Source: an uncultured Candidatus Sumerlaeota bacterium | Lineage (GTDB): Bacteria; Sumerlaeota; Sumerlaeia; SLMS01 | Length of the DNA stretch: 64,000 nt | NCBI GenBank assembly: GCA_964420455.1 | Contig: CAYQTO010000002.1 | Span: 8,796-72,795, forward strand | Reading direction: 5' to 3' | Shown here: one piece after another, positions 57,487 through 64,000 of the stretch | Position numbering within the stretch: position 1 is the first letter of the stretch | How the letters are laid out: each line of letters begins with the position of its first letter | Translations under genes and position numbers: made by a program | The notes under the pieces: generated by a model | What the model was told of the DNA's origin: nothing | Seen by the model: only the letters and a program-made list of their open reading frames with translations | Databases searched by the model: none

Positions 57487-59270
57487 TCGTCGCCGATGCG
57501 TTCCGCGTAGGTCAGCAGGCCGAGATCGTCGAGCCGGGCCTTGTCGACCCCCACGATGATGTCGTAGCGGCCGACGGTGTGGAGTTCATGCGCGAGTCCT
57601 GCGCCCTCGAGATCGCGGGCCACCAGCTGGAGGTCGCGCCCGACGAAGGCGAGGCGGCTGGCGGCGCGGAGCTCCTCGCGGTATCGGTCGACGCGCGGCA
57701 TATGCAGCACCGGATGCAGCCGGATCGACTCGCCGGAGGAGAAGGAAAGCCGGTAGGCCTCCCAGTAGCCGATGGCGGTGTTGTTGAGGCTGGTGGCGCC
57801 GTGGGTGACTCCGCGACCGCGGAGGAAGTCGATCACGGCGGCATCGTCGCGATGGATGCCGGTCCAAGGGTCGACCGGTTGCGTCGGCCGGTCGATGGAG
57901 GACCACAGGTTGACCGAGACGAGCAACGCGGCCGGCAAGGCCGCAGCGGTCCGGGACCGCACCGCAATGGCCCCCAGCCCCCCGGCCGCCACCGCCAGCA
58001 ATCCCACCAGCGGCGTCACCGCGTAGTGCGGCGGCAGGTGGAGATGGCGGAGGATATACGCGAGGAACAGGTAGGGGAGCAGGAGGAGGGCGAGCAGGAG
58101 GACCTCGGGAAAGTGGCGCCGCACGCCCCGGCGCGACCGACGGAAGGATTCCGAAACCACCACCACCAGCAGCGTGGTATAGACAACGACCACCGCCAGC
58201 ACCATCACCACCGGGCGCCCGAGGGGCTCGTTATATGCGTCCTGCAGACCGATGAAGGAACCCCCATTGATCAGCACCAACGCCACCGCGTTCACCCACA
58301 TTGTTTCCAGGCCCCCGACACCGGTTGTGTTGTAGAGGACCTCGCGCCCGAGCACCACAACCAAGGCCGGCAGGTAGCCAACCACGAATCCCGCCAGGAA
58401 CGCCCCCGGCCATCCGCGCCACCACCCATACCAGGCGCCGACCCCATAAACCAGCGTTGTGCCGAGAAACGAGGCCACAAGGGCCAGGCGATGCTCGAAG
58501 AGCCACGCGCTCCACGGATTCATGTAGTAGACGGTGCCTCTCAGGATGAGTGCGAAGCAGGCGATCGTATAGACGACGGCGGCCGTCACGGTGGCCGCGC
58601 GTTGTGCCGGTGTCCGGCCAAGATCGAGTCTCGCCCGCCACGCCGGCACCGAGGCCAGGTGCGCCGCCCCGGCGAGGAAAAACATCGCCACCAGCTGCGA
58701 CGTCCACCAGGCGAGGCCGCTGGTCGCGCCCAGCAGCGCCCAGCCGGCGGTCGCCCGCCATCCCGTCCGCCTTCGCAGGAAGAACCACGTATAGACAGAG
58801 AGCCAGACCGTGCCGAGAAAGAACACCTCCACCTGGCCGCGGGCCTTCATGGTCCAGACCGCGAGGAACTCCGGAGGGATGGCGAAGAGGAGCGCGAACC
58901 AGGGCCAGGCGCCCGGCAGGCCCACCCGGCGAAAGATTCCCCTCCACAACAGCAACGCCACAGCGCCCTGCGCCACCGGCGCCAACCAGAGCCCCATCGG
59001 GTTTGCCCCCCAAAGGGCCACGAAGGGCATCGCGGCAATCGACTGGAACGAGCCGAGGTAGTCCTGTCCGAGGAAAAACGGGTGCCAGGCGCGGAGGTTC
59101 AGGAAGTCGAGCGTGGTGATGCCAACGATCGCCTCGTCGGAATCGAGCACGAGCCGCCCCGAGGCCAGGAACCAGATGCGATGAAGTGTATAGACGGCGA
59201 GGAGGACGGCCGGGACGAGCCACGGGTGGCGCCACCAGTCGCGCCTGGCGGCCTGCGGGTCGCCGGTCAT
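57483..59270 (-). CDS. Polytopic membrane protein, GT-C-fold (ArnT/PMT-like) glycosyltransferase candidate, 595 aa
   Basis: Within ORF 57483..59780(-). Real start ATG 59270 overlaps the serS stop (ATGA). About 13 TM helices, first-loop DSDEA acidic motif. The N-terminal 170 codons of the ORF overlap serS out of frame. Confidence 0.65.
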   Translation of the reverse strand: MTGDPQAARRDWWRHPWLVPAVLLAVYTLHRIWFLASGRLVLDSDEAIVGITTLDFLNLRAWHPFFLGQDYLGSFQSIAAMPFVALWGANPMGLWLAPVAQGAVALLLWRGIFRRVGLPGAWPWFALLFAIPPEFLAVWTMKARGQVEVFFLGTVWLSVYTWFFLRRRTGWRATAGWALLGATSGLAWWTSQLVAMFFLAGAAHLASVPAWRARLDLGRTPAQRAATVTAAVVYTIACFALILRGTVYYMNPWSAWLFEHRLALVASFLGTTLVYGVGAWYGWWRGWPGAFLAGFVVGYLPALVVVLGREVLYNTTGVGGLETMWVNAVALVLINGGSFIGLQDAYNEPLGRPVVMVLAVVVVYTTLLVVVVSESFRRSRRGVRRHFPEVLLLALLLLPYLFLAYILRHLHLPPHYAVTPLVGLLAVAAGGLGAIAVRSRTAAALPAALLVSVNLWSSIDRPTQPVDPWTGIHRDDAAVIDFLRGRGVTHGATSLNNTAIGYWEAYRLSFSSGESIRLHPVLHMPRVDRYREELRAASRLAFVGRDLQLVARDLEGAGLAHELHTVGRYDIIVGVDKARLDDLGLLTYAERIGDD

Positions 59271-60541
59271 CCCCCGATCACGTCGCATCCCATCCGGTCG
59301 CGGACCACTGCGGGCACGGCGACGGTGCCGTCCGCCCGCTGGTCGTTCTCCAGCAGCGTGATCAGCAATCGCGGGAGGGCGAGGCCGCTGCCGTTGAGCG
59401 TGTGACAGAACTCGGGCTTCGCGCCGACCGCCGGGCGGTAGCGGATGTTGGCGCGCCGGGCCTGGAAGCTGCCAAAGTTCGAGCAGCTCGACGCCTCGAG
59501 CCATGCCTCCATCCCCGGCGCCCAAATCTCGAGATCGATCTGCTTCCGGCCACAGAAACCGATCCCTTCCGTGGAAATCTCGACGACGCGGTAGGGAACC
59601 TCGAGCGCCTCCAGCAGGCCGCAGGCATGGCCGATCAGGTCCTCGTGACGCCCGTCGCTTTCCTCCGGCCGGGTGATGTGAACCAGCTCGACCTTGTGGA
59701 ACTGGTGCACGCGCGAGATGCCGCGATTCTCGCGACCCGCGCTGCCCGCCTCGCTGCGGAAGCACGGCGTGTGGCAGCAATACGCGATCGGCAACGCCTC
59801 CGGCTCGAGGATCTCGTCCGCGTGGAGGTTCGTCACCGGCACCTCCGCCGTTGGGATCAGGTGCAGGTCGAATCCGTCTATATGGTAAAGGTCCTCCTCG
59901 AACTTGGGCAACTGGCCCGTGCCGGTCATCGTCCGGCGGTTGACGAGGAAGGGGACATTGACCTCCGTATATCCGTTGCGGGCGACATGGGTGTCGAGCA
60001 TCCAGCCGATGAGGGCGCGCTCGAGCCGGGCGCCCGCGCCCTTGAGCGCGTAAAAGCCCGATCCGGTGACCTTGGCGCCACGGGGCAGATCCAGAATCCC
60101 GAGCGCCTCGCCCAGTTCCCAGTGGGGCTTGGCGGGAAAGTTATGGCGGACCGGTTCGCCCCAGGAACGCACAACCCGATTGGCGGTTTCCTCCGGGCCG
60201 ATGGGCACCGACGCGTCCGGCACGTTGGGAATCCGCAGAAGCAGATCGCGGAGCGCCTCGTCCACACCCCGCGCCTTCGCGTCCAGCATGGCGATCTTCT
60301 CGCCGATCATCTTTGATTCGTCCTTCAACGCGTCGATCGGCTCGCCCGCCTTCGCCCGCTTTGGGATCTCCTTGCTGATCTCGTTGCGACGCGCCTTCAG
60401 GGATTCCACCTCCGCGAGGACCGTCCGCCGCTCGGCGTCGATCTCCAGAACGCGATCCACCATCGACTCGTCATCGCCACGGGCCGTCAGGCCGGCGCGA
60501 ACGATTTCGGGCTCTTCTCGAAACAGGCGAATGTCCAGCAT
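59267..60541 (-). CDS. serS: Serine--tRNA ligase
   Basis: Within ORF 59267..60667(-). ATG 60541 (MLDIRLFREEPE). N-terminal coiled coil. Class II motifs (..FRSEAG.., GSGLALPRL). Confidence 0.95.
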   Translation of the reverse strand: MLDIRLFREEPEIVRAGLTARGDDESMVDRVLEIDAERRTVLAEVESLKARRNEISKEIPKRAKAGEPIDALKDESKMIGEKIAMLDAKARGVDEALRDLLLRIPNVPDASVPIGPEETANRVVRSWGEPVRHNFPAKPHWELGEALGILDLPRGAKVTGSGFYALKGAGARLERALIGWMLDTHVARNGYTEVNVPFLVNRRTMTGTGQLPKFEEDLYHIDGFDLHLIPTAEVPVTNLHADEILEPEALPIAYCCHTPCFRSEAGSAGRENRGISRVHQFHKVELVHITRPEESDGRHEDLIGHACGLLEALEVPYRVVEISTEGIGFCGRKQIDLEIWAPGMEAWLEASSCSNFGSFQARRANIRYRPAVGAKPEFCHTLNGSGLALPRLLITLLENDQRADGTVAVPAVVRDRMGCDVIGG

Positions 60542-60690
60542 CGCGGTCGCTTTCCTCCGCAGGTTCAGGGGATCGCAATGGGGCGAAACGCCTGTCGGGG
60601 CGTCAAGCGCGGTTCCCCATGGCTGGCCCGCCGCTTGCCAAATGTTCCGGCGGCAGCCCCCCTCCACAGCCCCCTCGGGAAGTCCTCCAG

Positions 60691-62145
60691 ATGCCCATAC
60701 GCGCCAGCGCCCTCGCTCTTCTCGCCGCCACGCCGGTCCTGACGCCCGCCGGGGTGCACCCCATCCGCGGCGAGATGATCGCCTTAATCCAACAGAGCGA
60801 TGCCCCCGTTTCCGCGGACTTTCGCGAACGCCACCTGCCAGGTCTCGAGTCCCTTGCGACCGAACTCGGCAGCCCCCTCCGCGTCGTTGATGTCACCGAC
60901 GCCGGCGCACCCGCGGAGGTCGCCCTGACGCCCCTCATCGTGTTTCAGAATCACAAGGGCCGGTCGATTTTTCAGGGGCGTTATGCAGACATGGGCAAGG
61001 TGCGCCACTTTGTCCGCACATCGCGCTTCGTCCCCCAGGGCGAGGGTGGCCTCGTCAAGGATGCCATTCCCGTGGCGGCGATGGGGCGCGCCCGGGTCGG
61101 CGCCCCGATCAAGATCACCCCCCTCGCGGACATGGCCGATCCGGCCTTCGATTTTGGGGCCTTCGAGCAGCAGGCCCATGCCGCCGTCCGCTCCGCCTTC
61201 GAGACGATGACCGTCCACCCCGAGGCCCGCTTCGGCCGCTCCGACCGACTCTTCTACATGGACTTCTACCCCTACGCGGCGGAGGGCGGCAACCTCGCCA
61301 TCCTCATGGCCTTCTATAGCCAGTTCGACTGCGAGAATCCCGTCTATACAGAGTACGGGGACGTGGTGTTTGGCCCGATGGGGGAGGGGGGCCGGCTCTT
61401 CGCCGAGGCGGCCCGAATGCTCGAGAGGGAAATGGATCGCCAGATTGCGACGTCGACGATTGGCGACGGATTCGTCCCGGTCCCCAGCGATACCGCGATC
61501 GTTTCGTGGGAGTCCCTGGGGCTTGCCCTTCCCCCCGCCCCGGTCGTGGACACCGCCAGCCTGCCGGACGGATTTACGCTCGGGCAGGATTGGCGAGTGC
61601 TCCCCGAGTCCGTCGAGGGGGCGCCGCTCCTCGCCTTTCGGTTCCCCCCTCCGTTGGACAACTACGTGGGCTCCGCCGGCCGGATCGAGGGGGGCCTCCG
61701 CCTTGGCCCCAACGCCAGCCTCGACGGCGCCACCGGCCACGTCGTCGTTCCTGTCGAGTCCCTCACCATGGGCGAGCCGGGACTTGATGCCACCGTCTAT
61801 AAATCTATCAGTGCCGACGCCTATTCCACGGCCCGCTTCGACCTGGAGTCCGTCTCGGCAAAAACCCGAGGCCCCCTCGAGTTCGGTACCGCCCGGCCCT
61901 TCACCGGTCGTGGCACCTTTGCCATGAAGGGCATCGAGATTCCTTTGGAGCTCCATGCGGAGTTGACCCCGACGGTGACCGAGGCCGGCACCGTGCGACT
62001 CCTCGCGACGGCCACCTTCTCGATCCGGCTCCGCGAGGCGTTCGGCATCGAGGGCCCGCCGGGGCCGGCCCCGCTCAACGATACGGTCGAGTTCTTTCTC
62101 GTCTTCCCCCTCGAGGCAGCCAGCCCCGGAAAGATCGGCGGCTGA
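60691..62145 (+). CDS. Hypothetical secreted protein (484 aa)
   Basis: Within ORF 60619..62145. ATG 60691. Signal peptide MPIRASALALLAATPVLTPA. Confidence 0.55.
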   Translation: MPIRASALALLAATPVLTPAGVHPIRGEMIALIQQSDAPVSADFRERHLPGLESLATELGSPLRVVDVTDAGAPAEVALTPLIVFQNHKGRSIFQGRYADMGKVRHFVRTSRFVPQGEGGLVKDAIPVAAMGRARVGAPIKITPLADMADPAFDFGAFEQQAHAAVRSAFETMTVHPEARFGRSDRLFYMDFYPYAAEGGNLAILMAFYSQFDCENPVYTEYGDVVFGPMGEGGRLFAEAARMLEREMDRQIATSTIGDGFVPVPSDTAIVSWESLGLALPPAPVVDTASLPDGFTLGQDWRVLPESVEGAPLLAFRFPPPLDNYVGSAGRIEGGLRLGPNASLDGATGHVVVPVESLTMGEPGLDATVYKSISADAYSTARFDLESVSAKTRGPLEFGTARPFTGRGTFAMKGIEIPLELHAELTPTVTEAGTVRLLATATFSIRLREAFGIEGPPGPAPLNDTVEFFLVFPLEAASPGKIGG

Positions 62146-62156
62146 CCGCCCGGCTC

Positions 62157-63977
62157 CTAGATGGGCGCATATCTCAGGAGCCTGACCCGGAGCCCCGGCG
62201 GATCCCAACGCACGGAACCGACGATCCCGATGCCATCCCGGCCGCTCTCCGGCTCGTGCACTCGCAGCACAACCCCGGGGGCAAGGCGCGCCCAGCGCGG
62301 GTCGAGCAACACCTCCCGCTCCGACGCCTCGGGGAGACGCCAGGCCGAAAGGAATTCCGCCAGGACCGCCGCCCCCTTCGCCAGCCAGCGCACCCGAACC
62401 TCCTCGCCCGCCTGCACGCGCCCATCCACGGTAACACTGTCCTGTTCGCGGACGATGCACCCGGGCCCCCGCAACAGCCACGCGGGACGGACGGTGACCG
62501 TATCGGCGAAGGCCACCTCCGACGGGGGAACCTCCCAGGCAAGGGAAGGGTCCGGAGGAAGGGCGAGTCCGAGAAGGCGCCAGGCACCTTCCGTATAGAC
62601 AAGGCCGAGGGCCGTTTCTCCCAGCAGGCGTCCGAGGACACCGGCGACCTCCTCCGGCCCCGCAATAACCGCCCGAACGCCAAGCCCCAGCGCCTCCGCC
62701 ACGCTCGCGGTGTCGTCCTCCGCCCCCGAATCCCACGCCTCCGCGGGGACGTTGGCGAACGCCCTGTCGCGCGCAAGCACCCCCGCCACGCGTGCGGGAT
62801 TCGCATTGCCGTCGGAGTCTGTCAGCCGCCCCCGGGCGCGCACCAGCAGCCGGGGCTCCGGTCGGACGCTTGTCACCGGAAAGGCCACAAACTGGATTCG
62901 CACCTGGCGCACGATGACGTCAAAGAGCGGATCGGTGGGAGCGTCGAGCAGCTCCATTTCGAGCTTGAAAGGGACTTCCGCATCCTCGAACAGATTCCAT
63001 CCGAGGGCCGCCTCGACAAACGGAACGAGGTCCATCTCGACCGGATGGAAAACCGGTGCGAAGGGCATGTCGACGGTGACGGGGATGTCCTCGGCCGGGC
63101 GCGCCGACTGGCCCCCGGAAGGGACGAGATCGACGTCGAGCCAGGCCTCGCGCACGCCCACGGTACCGCCCTCGGGAAAGGCAAGCGTATAGACAACATC
63201 TGCAGCGAACGGGTCGACCGGTGATGCTTCCAGACCGGCCGTGCCCGCGAATGCCGGCGGCAGCACGACACAGGTCGTCGCGATGGGGCCGCTGGTGTCC
63301 TTGATGGCAAGTTCGGCCGCCGCGGGCGTGGCGCCAAGGTTCTCGACGTGGACACAAAAGGCGAGGTGGCCCGCATACCGGTCCGTGGACGTGCCCTGCC
63401 GCTGCAGGCAAAAGCGGAGCGTGGCAGGCGAGGCCGTGTTTGCCTGCGCCGCTTCCTGGAGATGGCCATCAATGGCGGCGACGGGGTATGTCCATGGTCC
63501 GTCGCCGTCGACGCGATCAAAGCCGCATCGGATGGTTTCGACGGGCGCGTCACCCGATCCCTTTGCCGGGATCGCTGCGACTCCCTCCATTGGATGCCTC
63601 CGGATCACAGCGCCCGCTCCGTACTCCTGCTCGATTGTCACGGGGTCGCGGGTAACCCGCACGCGGAGCCTCGTCTGCTCGGTCCATCCTGGCGGGGTCG
63701 TAAAGTCGAAGCAGAGCGCCAGGCCGGTAATGCGATCAAAGCGCCGTGGGTTGTCTCCGGCCGGCAGGGTGGCAACGGCCGACAGGCGGCTAGCGGATGC
63801 GGTAAGAACCGCCCCGCAGGTTCCCGCCACGGCGAAGAAGGCGAATCCCGGATTCAGCGCCGAGGAGTCGCCCTGAGGTGCCCACGCCAGCCTCGTTTCC
63901 ATGGTCGTATAGACGACCGGCGAGAGAGCGTGGCGAGCGACGAGCGGGAGGGCTTCGCGGCCATGGAGGGTTGCCAC
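62157..63977 (-). CDS. Hypothetical protein (606 aa or more). The reading frame stays open upstream to the window end, so the true start may lie beyond nt 64000.
   Basis: ORF 62157..63977(-) begins with GTG. Upstream codons to 64000 contain no stop. Confidence 0.5.
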   Translation of the reverse strand: MATLHGREALPLVARHALSPVVYTTMETRLAWAPQGDSSALNPGFAFFAVAGTCGAVLTASASRLSAVATLPAGDNPRRFDRITGLALCFDFTTPPGWTEQTRLRVRVTRDPVTIEQEYGAGAVIRRHPMEGVAAIPAKGSGDAPVETIRCGFDRVDGDGPWTYPVAAIDGHLQEAAQANTASPATLRFCLQRQGTSTDRYAGHLAFCVHVENLGATPAAAELAIKDTSGPIATTCVVLPPAFAGTAGLEASPVDPFAADVVYTLAFPEGGTVGVREAWLDVDLVPSGGQSARPAEDIPVTVDMPFAPVFHPVEMDLVPFVEAALGWNLFEDAEVPFKLEMELLDAPTDPLFDVIVRQVRIQFVAFPVTSVRPEPRLLVRARGRLTDSDGNANPARVAGVLARDRAFANVPAEAWDSGAEDDTASVAEALGLGVRAVIAGPEEVAGVLGRLLGETALGLVYTEGAWRLLGLALPPDPSLAWEVPPSEVAFADTVTVRPAWLLRGPGCIVREQDSVTVDGRVQAGEEVRVRWLAKGAAVLAEFLSAWRLPEASEREVLLDPRWARLAPGVVLRVHEPESGRDGIGIVGSVRWDPPGLRVRLLRYAPI

Positions 63978-64000
63978 GCGGCCGCCCAGATCGCGTTCTT

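Overview
This is a high-GC (about 70%) bacterial chromosomal segment, densely coding on both strands, with many RS-rich antisense ORF artefacts in the six-frame track. I found no rRNA, tRNA, CRISPR array, transposase or integrase. I call about 50 genes. They include an SDR and a YgjP/DUF45-like metallopeptidase. An RND efflux pair (MFP + permease, no outer-membrane factor) is followed by dtd. A YfhO-family membrane protein is translationally coupled to an SGNH hydrolase. Two tandem paralogous secreted beta-helix proteins carry Ca-binding repeats, and each has its own terminator. lon, a TatD-family hydrolase and an esterase follow. A PDZ protein precedes a Ser/Thr kinase-TPR protein and an orphan sensor histidine kinase. 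rpsL and rpsG lie without fusA/tufA downstream, preceded by a cobB-type sirtuin and a polyprenol-kinase-like gene. A 1320-aa secreted S8 subtilase, mnmG, aspA, a GHL10-like protein and two large GT-C-like polytopic membrane proteins are present. A cysteine desulfurase is interrupted by an in-frame TAG. An ArsR regulator is paired with a CoA-disulfide-reductase/rhodanese, and pcm and serS are present. The most unusual signal is not a gene. The octamer GTCTATAC occurs 23 times exactly (about 1 expected), always inside CDSs and almost always on the coding strand in frame as Val-Tyr-Thr. That pattern resembles uptake-sequence or Chi-like genome-wide oligomers that impose tripeptides on proteins. 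Other notable points are the tandem beta-helix/dockerin-like locus, two in-frame amber contexts (NifS, and the kinase/HK junction), a small PLDc_N gene missed by the ORF track, and several clusters of uncharacterised proteins.
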